From assembly GCA_965116325.1 (NCBI GenBank), contig OZ220675.1, positions 316,235-380,234 on the forward strand: a stretch of DNA of 64,000 nucleotides, in the 5' to 3' direction. The translations under genes and the position numbers were made by a program. Each line of letters begins with the position of its first letter. Positions within the stretch are counted from its first letter, which is position 1. This stretch comes from Dehalococcoidia bacterium (GTDB lineage Bacteria > Chloroflexota > Dehalococcoidia > Lucifugimonadales > JAGWBF01). Shown piece after piece: positions 10,287 to 20,334 of the stretch. Below the pieces are notes generated by a model. The model was given only the letters and a program-made list of their open reading frames with translations. It was not told the origin of the DNA and did not search any database.

Positions 10287-10490
10287 CCTGTCCTCGCCGG
10301 GAAGGCCCATAATCTTAAGAAGCTACCGGTCTACCCCTTATTGTTCAGTGGGATGCCACAATGCGACGTACTCCAGGGGATGACTACCAGACTCCGTTGG
10401 GCCAAGATGTGGCGGGGGTAGTGGTGTTCGTACTGATCATCAGGATACCGGCCTTCGCCCGATACTGCGGGCCGGTATGGTAGGACGGTA

Positions 10491-11021
10491 GTGATGAACC
10501 GACTATGGACAGCGATGGCGCTGGCCTCCACGGTCTTGGCTCTAGCATGTGGCCAGGCTAGCACACCAACCCCTGAGCCGCTGGAGCCGACTCAGAAGAT
10601 TGCTCAAACGATCCCACCTACCATGACGCCGTTCCCGGGCACTTTGGACCCAGACAACCGGGCAGCAGATCTTGAGGATTTGCGGACTCTCCACGCCGAG
10701 ATCCCCCCGGTTCTTGGAGAACTTCTTTCCCTAGCCCAAACGTGCCCGCCAGAGTGGGCCGAAGACTTTCCATCTCTTGACCCGAGAGGCACAACAGGCA
10801 CCGAGATCGCAGAGTGGGTGGCGCGGGCTGGCAGGGTTCTTGAGGATGACCCGGACGCGGTAGACGCAACGGAACTATTAGTGCTGGTGGTGGAGGGCGG
10901 GACAATTACGAGCATCCTGCAGAATCTTAAGTCCATCCTGCAGAACTGCGACCGGGAAACCGAGGATGTGCCGACACTACCGCTTCCGGAATTCGCACAA
11001 AACTCGCTCCCCAAGGGCTAG
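10491..11021 (+). CDS. Hypothetical lipoprotein
   Basis: Lipobox LALAC followed by a PT-rich linker. Confidence 0.6.
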   Translation: MMNRLWTAMALASTVLALACGQASTPTPEPLEPTQKIAQTIPPTMTPFPGTLDPDNRAADLEDLRTLHAEIPPVLGELLSLAQTCPPEWAEDFPSLDPRGTTGTEIAEWVARAGRVLEDDPDAVDATELLVLVVEGGTITSILQNLKSILQNCDRETEDVPTLPLPEFAQNSLPKG

Positions 11022-11383
11022 CCCCGCCGGCACAGACCATGAGATAAGCAAGGCGGGCCCGTCCCTCAATTCAGTGCCACTGGCTTCCTTTTACGTCCTC
11101 GGGCCCCTTACTAGCCTGGGTGTGTACCTTGCTGGCCGGGAAGGTACACTCCGCGTCAACTTGTATGGGAATCACCCCTGTAGCTGACGAAGACTAATGG
11201 ATTTGTGACTCTTCACAACAGGCTTCTGGGGGACCATTCTGACGCGGGTAGTCCCTCTCGATTTGTGTTCAGGGTTGCCAAGCGTGGTGGATTATCGGCG
11301 CCGGGTCAACGGTTCCGTTTGGTTATAGTGTCTGGCGTATCCAGGTTCAGGTGTGGAAAATCCCAAAGGCAAACGGCATCAGT

Positions 11384-11908
11384 CTATCCCCGTTTGTTCA
11401 GTTCGTAGGCCAGGCTCACGATTCCCGACTTCTCGTGGACCGTTTGCCCCGTTAGAGTTAACTCTACCGGTGTAGACAGCTCGGCAACGAGGGGGATGCC
11501 TCTGCCGAGCAGGACCGAAACAATTGAGACCTCCACCATGTCGACGAACCCCTCTGCGCAGAAAGTGTGGAAGAGGGACCCGCCGCCGAACAACCAGATG
11601 TCCTTGCCCGGCTCCTCCCGGAGCGACTGAACAACCGCCTTCCAGTTCTCACCAACGATGGTGACGTCGGGGTAGTCCTCTGGTCTCAGTGTTCGCGAGA
11701 ATACAAAGGTCCGCTGTCCGGTGTATATCGTTGAATCGTACCCAACAGTCGCCTCAAATGTTCGCCGACCCATCAAATATGTGTCGAACTGCTTAGCCAG
11801 CTCATCGAAGTCAAAGTCTGGGTCTACTGGGATCCAGTCGAATTCGTCATTGGGACCGGCGATGTATCCGTCCAAACTAGCTGCGCAGTTGTAGCGGATC
11901 CTTCTCAA
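11384..11908 (-). CDS. Dihydrofolate reductase-like (RibD C-terminal) family protein
   Basis: AASLDGYIA, MGRRT, GKDIWLFGGG; probable TTG start at 11908. Confidence 0.88.
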   Translation of the reverse strand: MRRIRYNCAASLDGYIAGPNDEFDWIPVDPDFDFDELAKQFDTYLMGRRTFEATVGYDSTIYTGQRTFVFSRTLRPEDYPDVTIVGENWKAVVQSLREEPGKDIWLFGGGSLFHTFCAEGFVDMVEVSIVSVLLGRGIPLVAELSTPVELTLTGQTVHEKSGIVSLAYELNKRG

Positions 11909-11925
11909 GGGTTTCTCTTTTCCAA

Positions 11926-12960
11926 CTATATTGTTTCTATCTTGTAGACCCTTGCCGCCACATCGTGGAACATCGACGCCCGCTCCGAGGCTGAGTAACC
12001 CTTGGTCAGGCGCTTGAAGGCGTTGTACATCACGTTGTACGAGTAGGAGACCTTGTCCACCGGGAAGTTGCTCTCGAACATGCACCGGTCGGGCCCGAAC
12101 TGCTCGATGCAGTGCTCCATGAAGGGGGCCATCCCCGCCTCCAGCTCCTCGGAGCCTATAGGCTTGGCGCGGGTGTGCCAGTCGAAACCTGTCCGGGGCA
12201 TGCCGATTCCCCCAAGCTTAACGTAGATGTTCGGGCACTGGGCAACGGCCGCGATGCCGCTGCGCCACTTGGGCAGCACTTCATCGTCCTTGCCTGCGTA
12301 GGGCCCGTCCCGCACGATGCCCCCGACATGGTTCAGGATGATTGTCAGGTTGGGGATTGCCCGTGCAAAGTCGGCCAGCTCGGGGAGCTGGTGGAAGAAC
12401 ATCCAGCCCTCCAGAGACAGGCCCATGTCGCCGAGGACTCGTGCGCCTTTCCTGAACTCGTCGCTGGCAAGCTGGCCCGGCATCTTGTGGGCGGCCGTGT
12501 TTTCCACCTCAGGGTTGGGGTCCCAAGTAACCGAATGGCGGATGCCTCGGAACCGGTTCGGGCTGGCTGCCACCAGGGCCTCCAGTACCGGCCTTACTCC
12601 TTCACCAAGGTTGAGATTTGCATGGCCCATGATGGCCGCGGCGGCCCTGGCCGAGCCGTAAAGGCCGCTGGCGCTGGCAGCCGCTATCCCCTGCACGAAC
12701 TCCACCTCGCCTACGGGGCGCATCTCCTCCGGCCCTTCGGCACGGTACATCGACCTGGCTTCCACAAACACGGTGGAGCGCACGTTATGTCCACTGGTGA
12801 TATCCTCGACCAGCTCGTGAAGAAGATAACGCTGGTAGGGGATGCGGGCGGTGCGATAGTCCCAGAAGTGATGATGGGGGTCGCATATGGGGAGGTCAGG
12901 CTCCAGGGTCGGCTCCGTAGTCAATGCCAGCCAGTCGTTCCCTCCAAAGGGCATGATCAC
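11926..12960 (-). CDS. Amidohydrolase family 2 (lactonase-like)
   Basis: ICDPHHH, ILNHVGG, VKLGG, MFESNFPVD. Confidence 0.88.
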   Translation of the reverse strand: MIMPFGGNDWLALTTEPTLEPDLPICDPHHHFWDYRTARIPYQRYLLHELVEDITSGHNVRSTVFVEARSMYRAEGPEEMRPVGEVEFVQGIAAASASGLYGSARAAAAIMGHANLNLGEGVRPVLEALVAASPNRFRGIRHSVTWDPNPEVENTAAHKMPGQLASDEFRKGARVLGDMGLSLEGWMFFHQLPELADFARAIPNLTIILNHVGGIVRDGPYAGKDDEVLPKWRSGIAAVAQCPNIYVKLGGIGMPRTGFDWHTRAKPIGSEELEAGMAPFMEHCIEQFGPDRCMFESNFPVDKVSYSYNVMYNAFKRLTKGYSASERASMFHDVAARVYKIETI

Positions 12961-13074
12961 ACCTCCATCGCAGGGCTCTTAGCTAAGCCTATTCCCTCCG
13001 GATGAATGCGGCAATGCCTGCTGTATAATGGCCCCAGTCAAACTTGGAATGGAACCTGAATCAGGGGGAAGATC

Positions 13075-13953
13075 ATGTTGGTTGACCTGGTAGATGTAAC
13101 CACCAAGGACGGGGTGCGGTTGGACGGCACCTTGCGCGACCCCAATAATGGCCGAGGGTCCGGCGGTCCCGACCTTTGCATCCTGCACCACGGGCTAGCG
13201 GGCAACTTCTATGCCCCGGGTCTCCTGGGGGATTTCACCGACTCCCTCCTGGGGGCAGGAATTCCGGTGCTTCGCGTGAACGCCCGTGGCCATGACCCGG
13301 TGAGCCGGGATGCCATTTCCCGAAAGCCATATGGTGGCGCCTACGAGTGTCTCAGCGACTGTGTTTACGACTGGGAAGCCTGGCTGGATGTCGCCGAAGC
13401 CCGCGGCTATAAGAACATCCTGGTGTGGGGACATAGCCTTGGCGGCATGAAGACCATATACTACCTGGCCCACGCCAAGGACCCCAGGGTGCGTTTCGCT
13501 GTGGCTACTTCGCCTCCCAGGTTCTCTTACTCGGACTATCAGATATCCGAGGGCTGGGAGCGTTTCCACGATGAGGAGAAGAGGGCGCTGGCGCATATCG
13601 AGGAAGGCCGCCCAGAGGCCCTAATGGAGGTCACCTACCCCAATGGGCTGCTTATCACCGCCGAGGGGTTCATCGACAAGTATGGCCCTGAGGACAAATA
13701 CAACATCCTGAAGCTGCTGCCCAACGTATCCCACCCCATCCTGGTCACCGTGGGAGCGCTGGAAGGGGTGGTCATCAACGACGTCAACTCTCTGATGGCA
13801 TTCAGAGGCCTGGCCCACCAGCTGGAAAAGCTGTCCGGGGAGGTCGAGAACATGACCTTCCTGCCCATCCCCGGGGGCGATCACCAGTTCAACAACGTAA
13901 GACAGGAAGGCTGGGATATCATCCACGGATGGCTGTCCCAGCAGGCGAGCTAG
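13075..13953 (+). CDS. Alpha/beta fold hydrolase (DUF1749-like)
   Basis: HGLAGNFY, GHSLGG, GGDH. Confidence 0.8.
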   Translation: MLVDLVDVTTKDGVRLDGTLRDPNNGRGSGGPDLCILHHGLAGNFYAPGLLGDFTDSLLGAGIPVLRVNARGHDPVSRDAISRKPYGGAYECLSDCVYDWEAWLDVAEARGYKNILVWGHSLGGMKTIYYLAHAKDPRVRFAVATSPPRFSYSDYQISEGWERFHDEEKRALAHIEEGRPEALMEVTYPNGLLITAEGFIDKYGPEDKYNILKLLPNVSHPILVTVGALEGVVINDVNSLMAFRGLAHQLEKLSGEVENMTFLPIPGGDHQFNNVRQEGWDIIHGWLSQQAS

Positions 13954-15020
13954 AGTATTCTTTCTCCCGGCATGTTGATCCAAGAGCTCATCTCGTGGGG
14001 CATGGTCACCGCCTCGGCTTGGCAGACGTAGTCTGACGTGATCTGGTCTATGGAAGTAACCCCCAGCAGACCCATGCCGCAGAGCATCTCCTCTTCCAGT
14101 ATCTCCAGCACCTGCACGAGGCCGGATATCCCGTCTGCCGCCAAGCCCCAGCCCTGAAGCCTGCCAATGGCCACGGCCTTGGCCCCCAGCGCAATGGCCT
14201 TCATGACATCGGTGCCCCGCTGGACACCGCCGTCCATGATCACATCCGCCCTGCCGTCAACGGCCTCGACGATGCTGGGGAGGACGTCCAGGGAGCCCAG
14301 CCCATGGTCCAGCTGGCGTCCGCCATGGTTGGAAACCCATATCACGTCGACGCCGTGCTCCACGGCAATTATGGCGTCTTCTGGGGTGGCGATACCCTTG
14401 ACCATGAATGGCATATCTGCCAGCTCCTTGATCCGGTCCATGGTCTCCCATGTCACAGCCGCCTGGAAGCTCCTGTCCACTCCTCCCCGCCTAGCTGGAG
14501 GCACCCAGCGGTGCACCAGCGGGCGCTCCCGCCTGCTGTAGTGAGCTGTGTCGACTGTGATACAGAAGGCATCGTAGCCTGCATTCTTCACCCGCCCAAC
14601 GATGCCCTTGATCCAGTCCATATCGCCGCGCACATACAGTTGGAACACCTTGGGGTTGTCAGCGCTTGCTGCCGTTTCCTCCAGGGTGGGATCGGTAACG
14701 GAGCTTAGAACGTGCATGGTCCCGAACTGGGCGGCGGCCTTGGATGAGGCGGCGCCTCCCAGCGGGTCGAAGGTCTGCAGGGAGCCAATGGGGGCCAGCA
14801 TGACGGGGATGCGCATGTGATGTCCCAGGAATGTCGTGGACGGATCAACGTTGCTGACGTCCACCAGCACCCGGGGCCTGAAGGCAATCTTGTCGAAGGC
14901 CCGCCGGTTCCTCCTCAGGGTCGTCTCCGAGTCTGCGCCTCCCACTAGGTAGTCCCATGCCCCCTGTATCAGGTTCTTCCGGGCTTGTTGGACTATCTCC
15001 TCATTGCTAACGAATTCCAA
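13950..15020 (-). CDS. FMN-dependent alpha-hydroxy acid oxidase/dehydrogenase
   Basis: FRPRVLVDVS, SNHGGRQLD, DGGVQRGTD. Confidence 0.93.
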   Translation of the reverse strand: MEFVSNEEIVQQARKNLIQGAWDYLVGGADSETTLRRNRRAFDKIAFRPRVLVDVSNVDPSTTFLGHHMRIPVMLAPIGSLQTFDPLGGAASSKAAAQFGTMHVLSSVTDPTLEETAASADNPKVFQLYVRGDMDWIKGIVGRVKNAGYDAFCITVDTAHYSRRERPLVHRWVPPARRGGVDRSFQAAVTWETMDRIKELADMPFMVKGIATPEDAIIAVEHGVDVIWVSNHGGRQLDHGLGSLDVLPSIVEAVDGRADVIMDGGVQRGTDVMKAIALGAKAVAIGRLQGWGLAADGISGLVQVLEILEEEMLCGMGLLGVTSIDQITSDYVCQAEAVTMPHEMSSWINMPGERIL

Positions 15021-15180
15021 AGTAAGGCGCCCCCTTCCTCTAAGTCCTTCACGCGTCCACGTTGGTTCAGCTTCAGCATTTTAACCCTTTGGGACAGCCC
15101 ACGTACACTTGGAAATCCCCTTCGTTGCCGTGCCCAAGGGAATCGGGTATCATGCAAAAGCCAACTCCCTCGGAGGCGCT

Positions 15181-15570
15181 ATGAGCATCGAAGAGTACAG
15201 GGAAAGACTCACCCCGGAGCAGTTCGAGGTTACTCAGAACAAGGCCACCGAGAGGCCCTTCACCGGGAAGTACTGGGACTGCAAGGAAGATGGCACCTAC
15301 AAGTGCATCTGCTGCGGCGCCCCCTTGTTTTCGTCGGAAACCAAGTATGATTCGGGGTGCGGTTGGCCCAGCTTCTGGGACCCTATCGACCGAGAACAAA
15401 TCAAGGAAGAGTGGGACCTGTCCCATGGTATGAGGCGCGTCGAGGTGATGTGCCAGTCCTGCGGCGCCCACCTGGGGCATGTGTTCAACGACGGGCCCGC
15501 TCCCACCCACCAGAGATACTGCATCAACTCTGCCTCCCTGGACCTGGAGACGCAAGGGGAGCAGCAGTAG
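15181..15570 (+). CDS. msrB: Peptide-methionine (R)-S-oxide reductase
   Basis: TERPF, GCGWPSF, HLGHVF, RYCINS and two CxxC; ATG after GGAGG. Confidence 0.96.
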   Translation: MSIEEYRERLTPEQFEVTQNKATERPFTGKYWDCKEDGTYKCICCGAPLFSSETKYDSGCGWPSFWDPIDREQIKEEWDLSHGMRRVEVMCQSCGAHLGHVFNDGPAPTHQRYCINSASLDLETQGEQQ

Positions 15571-15602
15571 GGGACATTATTTGCATCCCCGTGAGCCCCT
15601 GA

Positions 15603-15896
15603 ATGCCGCCGATGGTCACCGTTACAGACAGCGCCAAGGAAGAGTTCGTGCGCATCCTGTCCACCAAGGAGTTGGACTCCGGGAAATACTTTAGGTTGGC
15701 CATTCCGCCTGTCTGGACGGGGGCAGGGGACTTCGGAATCGTCATCGATTCCGAACAGGAAGATGACCTGACCATAGAACACGCAGGGCAGAAGATACTC
15801 CTGTTGGACCACGATCTGGCCCATCGCCTCGAAAACTCGGTGCTCGATTTCAAGGAGTCCCCAGAGGGGCCAAGGTTCACCCTCGATGTGTTCTGA
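15603..15896 (+). CDS. HesB/IscA-like fold protein lacking Fe-S cysteines
   Basis: MVTVTDSAKEE...FRL...DD...LDF pattern; no Cys in the protein. Confidence 0.55.
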   Translation: MPPMVTVTDSAKEEFVRILSTKELDSGKYFRLAIPPVWTGAGDFGIVIDSEQEDDLTIEHAGQKILLLDHDLAHRLENSVLDFKESPEGPRFTLDVF

Positions 15897-15941
15897 CGCC
15901 GGCAAAGGCCCGGCAACCCTGTCCTGAGGAGGTAGCCCACC

Positions 15942-16823
15942 ATGGTTAGCGTTGGTTCGGGCGAGTACACCTACGACGTGCATGAGGACTGGGCCAGCCT
16001 GCCCGAGAGCATGACCTTCGGCATGGTCAGCGCCGTCGCGACCGATTCCCAAGACCGGGTCTATGCCTTCCAGCGCAAGGATCCACCTGTCTTGGTCTTT
16101 GACCTGGACGGGAACCTGCTCAACTCCTGGGGCAACGGCGCTTTCCTCTTTGCCCACGGCATTCACATCGCCGACGACATTGTTTACCTTACCGACCGGG
16201 ACAGCTCCGTCTGCCTGCTGTACACCCTGGATGGCAAGCCAATTCAGATGCTGGGACGGCACGGAGTCCATTCAGATACCGGCTGCGAGGTGCCCGGCGA
16301 GCTGGTTCCCAGGGCGGCCGGGCCCTTCAACTACCCCAGCGAGATAGTCCCCAGCCCCTCGGGCGACCTGTATGTGTCCGACGGCTACCGCAACGCCCGC
16401 GTGCACCGCTTCGACAACGATGGCATCCTCCAGGCATCCTGGGGTCAGCCGGGGAAGAGCTTGCCGGGGGAGTTTCATCTTCCCCACAGCCTGCTGGTTT
16501 CCGGGGACAAGGTGTACGTCTGCGACCGGGAGAACCACCGCATCCAGGTGTTCGACATGTCGGGAGAATACCTGGAGATGTGGACGGACATTCAGAGGCC
16601 CATGGACATCTCTGCCGACCCCGACGGGGTGTTGTACGTGAGCGAGGGTAGAGTAAACGACGGGCCGGCCAGAGTGAGCGTCCTGGACACGACGGGCAAG
16701 GTGCTGGCTCGCTTCAACTGCCGCGGGCCGGGTCACGGAAGCTGGGTGGATTCCCAGGGCAACATCTACGTGGGCTTGGGCGACGTTGGCGGCATCGACA
16801 AGTTCGCCAGGCGCCGGTCTTAA
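15942..16823 (+). CDS. NHL-repeat protein, peptidyl-alpha-hydroxyglycine amidating lyase-like
   Basis: SDGYRNARVHRF, GEFHLPH, DRENHRIQVF; no signal peptide. Confidence 0.88.
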   Translation: MVSVGSGEYTYDVHEDWASLPESMTFGMVSAVATDSQDRVYAFQRKDPPVLVFDLDGNLLNSWGNGAFLFAHGIHIADDIVYLTDRDSSVCLLYTLDGKPIQMLGRHGVHSDTGCEVPGELVPRAAGPFNYPSEIVPSPSGDLYVSDGYRNARVHRFDNDGILQASWGQPGKSLPGEFHLPHSLLVSGDKVYVCDRENHRIQVFDMSGEYLEMWTDIQRPMDISADPDGVLYVSEGRVNDGPARVSVLDTTGKVLARFNCRGPGHGSWVDSQGNIYVGLGDVGGIDKFARRRS

Positions 16824-16834
16824 GAGGAGATATC

Positions 16835-17668
16835 ATGATGCAGCAATCGCAGGTTGGAGTAGGCTTGATCGGCTGTGGGGCCATAGGCAGAGACATGGCT
16901 ACGACCATCCAGTCGGGCGACGTTCCCGGCGCCAGGGTGGTTGCCCTGTTCGACGTGGAGGAGAGCCAGGGCAACTCGCTGGCAGCGACCTTAGGCGATC
17001 CGGGCCTCTTCCATGGCGACCTGGATAAGTTCCTAGATGTCTCCGGTCTGGACCTGGTCGTGGAGTGCGCTTCGGGCGCGGCTGTGAGGGCCTCTGCTGA
17101 GAGGGTCCTGGAGAAGGGCAAGGACTTGATGGTGATGAGCACAGGCGCCCTGCTGGACCAAGCCTTAATGGACCGCTTAAGCGAGCTGGCCGCCGCAAAG
17201 GGCAGGAAACTCCTGGCCCCTTCCGGCGCCATCGGGGGAATCGACGCTATCCGGGCCGGCGGTGGGCTCCTGGAAGAGGTGGCCATCATCACCACCAAGC
17301 CTCCTGAGGGCCTTAAAGGGTCTCCGGGCTTCGCCGACTGGGAAGGCAAGGAGATAACAGGTCCCCAGGTGATCTACGAAGGCCCCGCAGTGGACGGCGT
17401 CAAGCTGTTTCCAGCCAACACCAATGTGGCTGCAACCCTGAGCTTGGCCGGGCTGGGGCCCGACAAGACCAAGATGAAGGTCATTGCTGACCCGAAGGCC
17501 CCGGGCAACGTTCACGAGATTCAGGCCAAGGGGAGCTTCGGAGTCATGCGCCTGAGCTTCGAGAACCGGCCGCACCCCAACAACCCCAAGACCAGCTACC
17601 TGGCTATTCTTTCGGCCATCGCGCTGCTGCGCAAAGCCTGCGCCCCCGGCCCCCAAATCGGGACGTAG
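16835..17668 (+). CDS. nadX: L-aspartate dehydrogenase
   Basis: GCGAIG, VVECAS, PSGAIGGID, FPANTNVA, NVHEI, NPKTSYLA. Confidence 0.92.
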   Translation: MMQQSQVGVGLIGCGAIGRDMATTIQSGDVPGARVVALFDVEESQGNSLAATLGDPGLFHGDLDKFLDVSGLDLVVECASGAAVRASAERVLEKGKDLMVMSTGALLDQALMDRLSELAAAKGRKLLAPSGAIGGIDAIRAGGGLLEEVAIITTKPPEGLKGSPGFADWEGKEITGPQVIYEGPAVDGVKLFPANTNVAATLSLAGLGPDKTKMKVIADPKAPGNVHEIQAKGSFGVMRLSFENRPHPNNPKTSYLAILSAIALLRKACAPGPQIGT

Positions 17669-17716
17669 TGGCAAACCGCTAGAAGGATCGTCGGGGACTT
17701 GAGATCAATCCCTGCG

Positions 17717-18484
17717 TCAGCTTGCTGAGACGGTCTTCACGGCGGCTGCAGCGGCTGCGTTAAGCATGTTCATGTCGCTGCCAAGCTGGCACATCATGAA
17801 CCCCTGGGCGTAGAGCTTGACCGCCTCCTCGGCGTTGGAGCCGTGATGGCAGGGCACCAGACCCGTGTCTTTGGCTACGTCCAGCACCCGCTGGCATGCC
17901 CTCGCGTGGCGGGGGTCTGCAACTGCGGCAGGTCCGGGAGCCAGCCCCAGGGATACCGCCAGGTCGCCGGGGCCAATGTAGAAGCCGTCGATGCCCGGGA
18001 CCTTGGCTATCTCCTCCAGGTTATCCACAGCCTCCAGGGTCTCGATCATCACCAGGACGATGATCTCGTCGTTGGCGTGCTGCAGGTAGTCCGGGCCGCC
18101 GTAGAAGCGGGCCCGGTTTGGGCCCATGCTGCGGTATCCCAAAGGCGGGTACCGGGAGGCGCCCGCTGCCCGCACCGCGTCGTCGTAGTTGTTCACCAGG
18201 GGAACGATGACCCCGTATGCTCCGGCGTCCAGGACGAACTGGGCCTCCTTGGGGTCATTCCATGCCAGCCGTACCAGGGGCACCGTCTCGGTGGTGGAGA
18301 TAGCCTGCAGGCATGCAATAGCCACATCAGGGGTCACGCCCATGCCGTGCTGCATGTCGATTATGAGGGCATCGTAGCCCGCATTGGCCATGGCTTCGGC
18401 GACGTAGGGACTCCCGGAGGAGATCCAGCCTGCGGTGACTGATTTCCCCTGTCTCCACATCTCTTTGATCCTGTTAGGCCTCAC
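17717..18484 (-). CDS. HpcH/HpaI aldolase family protein
   Basis: IDMQHG, LDAGAYG, MIET, IGPGDL. Confidence 0.9.
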   Translation of the reverse strand: MRPNRIKEMWRQGKSVTAGWISSGSPYVAEAMANAGYDALIIDMQHGMGVTPDVAIACLQAISTTETVPLVRLAWNDPKEAQFVLDAGAYGVIVPLVNNYDDAVRAAGASRYPPLGYRSMGPNRARFYGGPDYLQHANDEIIVLVMIETLEAVDNLEEIAKVPGIDGFYIGPGDLAVSLGLAPGPAAVADPRHARACQRVLDVAKDTGLVPCHHGSNAEEAVKLYAQGFMMCQLGSDMNMLNAAAAAAVKTVSAS

Positions 18485-18523
18485 CGTTTCCTCCTTGTTG
18501 GCGCCTCTTGGCTACATAGTGCA

Positions 18524-19696
18524 CTAGTACAGGCCCTCGGGTTCCAGGCCCATGTAGAACTGGCCCGCGGTCTCATAGTGGGCCATGCGCCCCTGGATCT
18601 GCTGAGTAATCACGTGGATGTCCTGGAAGCGTCGCTGGATAGGGTTAGATTCGAATATGGCATCAGCCCCGCAGATGCTGTAGGCGATATCCACCACATC
18701 GGCTGACATGCGGATGGCGTTGGTGGCGGCCAGCCTGAGCCTGATGCGCTGTTCCACCGTCAAGCTGCCGTCCCTGCATGCGCTCTCCCACACCGAGCCG
18801 GCTGCCTCCAGGAGGAACGCCCTGGCCGAAGACCAGGTGGCCTCGGCTTGGCCCACCTGGCGCTGGACGGCCGAGCTCTTGCTCAGCACAGACTGGTCTC
18901 CCCTGGCAGTCTTGCGGCTTGCCAGCTCGAGGGCGATGTTCAAGCTCGCCCTTGCAACCCCCAGGGCGACACAGGCAAATCCCGACGCGAACTTCAGGCT
19001 GGTGGGAAGGATGTACAGGGGGCCGTCGTTCCAGGGCGGGTCCGTAGGGCCGAAGGTCCTGGACTCTGGAATAAACAGCCCGTTTACCTCAAAGCTGAAG
19101 CTGCCGGTGCCTCGGAGGCCGTTTACATCCCAGACATCGATCATGGTGGCTTCTTCTTTCTTGAACACCATGAGCTTCATGTCCTCAGGCTTCTCTCGGA
19201 TTCCGTCACCCTCACCAATGGGGGTTAGAGACGCCAGCCAAGCCGCGTGGCGGCAACCGCTGCTAAAGTTCCACCGGCCGGTGAGCAGGTAGCCTCCATC
19301 GCATGGCATAGCGCAGGCGGGAGAAGGCGGGCCGTTGGCCACCACTGCCCGCTGCGCCTGCCAGATCTCCTGGGCGGTCTCCTTGGGCATGATGGCGGAA
19401 TGGGTGGCAAAGACGTTGTTCTGGTTTATGCACCAGCCGGTGCTTCCGTCTGCTTCCCCAAAGACCTGCACGATGGCCAGGTACTGGAGTAAATCCAGCT
19501 CGGCGCCCCCCAATACGCGGGGCACCAGCAGGCGGAACAGTCCGTGGTCGGCGAGGGTGTTGGCTAGCTGGACGGGCAGCTCGCGGGTGCGGTTTATCTC
19601 TTCGGAGGCGGCCTGGACCTGGGGGACCATTTCACGGGCTAACTCCAGGTAAGCATCGCCCGTCAGGGGCGATGAAGTCACTGCGCCGTCGGCCAT
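18524..19696 (-). CDS. Acyl-CoA dehydrogenase-fold flavin monooxygenase (HsaA/HpaB-like oxygenase component)
   Basis: GRWNFSSGC, WDVNGLRGTGS, QRRFQDIH; ATG overlaps the upstream stop (TGATG). Confidence 0.88.
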   Translation of the reverse strand: MADGAVTSSPLTGDAYLELAREMVPQVQAASEEINRTRELPVQLANTLADHGLFRLLVPRVLGGAELDLLQYLAIVQVFGEADGSTGWCINQNNVFATHSAIMPKETAQEIWQAQRAVVANGPPSPACAMPCDGGYLLTGRWNFSSGCRHAAWLASLTPIGEGDGIREKPEDMKLMVFKKEEATMIDVWDVNGLRGTGSFSFEVNGLFIPESRTFGPTDPPWNDGPLYILPTSLKFASGFACVALGVARASLNIALELASRKTARGDQSVLSKSSAVQRQVGQAEATWSSARAFLLEAAGSVWESACRDGSLTVEQRIRLRLAATNAIRMSADVVDIAYSICGADAIFESNPIQRRFQDIHVITQQIQGRMAHYETAGQFYMGLEPEGLY

Positions 19697-20133
19697 CAGG
19701 ACTGGACGATCTCTTCGAAGGAGGGTTCCGGCATTCCCTTCTGCCAGGAGACGTCCCGCAGCTCCAGGCGGTTCCCGCTGGGGTCCAAAAAGTAGAGCTC
19801 TCTGCCCGGGAAGTGTCCGCCTTCCCGGTAGTGGAGCTCCACCACGGGCACCTTTTCCTGGTCGAACAGCTTGCATGCCTCGTAGAGGTTTTCGGGGCTG
19901 ACGTTGAAGGAGTAGTGCACTCCATCGTCTCTATCGGCGATGTCATCAACGGGCGTCTTTCGCTCGCACAGGAGGATGTTGGTGTCGCCAAATCCGAAGC
20001 AGGTCATGTTGGACCTGCCCAGTTGGCCGCGGTTCTCCAGGCCCAGAATGTCGCCGTAGAACTTCACCGACTCTTCCATGTCATTGACGGGTATGGCCCA
20101 GTGGGTGATCCCTTCGATAGCTACCTTGCCCAT
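19696..20133 (-). CDS. VOC (glyoxalase/dioxygenase) family protein
   Basis: GITHWAIPV, HYSF, LYFLDPSGNRLEL. Confidence 0.9.
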   Translation of the reverse strand: MGKVAIEGITHWAIPVNDMEESVKFYGDILGLENRGQLGRSNMTCFGFGDTNILLCERKTPVDDIADRDDGVHYSFNVSPENLYEACKLFDQEKVPVVELHYREGGHFPGRELYFLDPSGNRLELRDVSWQKGMPEPSFEEIVQS

Positions 20134-20334
20134 AGCCTACCTCCTGGCCCTTCCTCTTCTAGTCAGATTACCCGCATTCTACCATGCAGGCGGCAGCTGC
20201 GGGAGCACGCTTGCCGCGCCCTAGCCCTTGAGTAAACCTGGGATGCCAACTAGAATCCTACCGGAGCTTTCCGGCCCGTCGCTCTGAGGTTTGCCTCGAG
20301 GGATGCTCCAGTACCGTCAGGAAGGTCAACAAGC

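Noticed and set aside
11122-11149. Hairpin gtgtacctt/aaggtacac, loosely similar to a hairpin near 41415-41440
   Set aside because: Similarity too weak to call a repeat family; probably ordinary terminator-like stems
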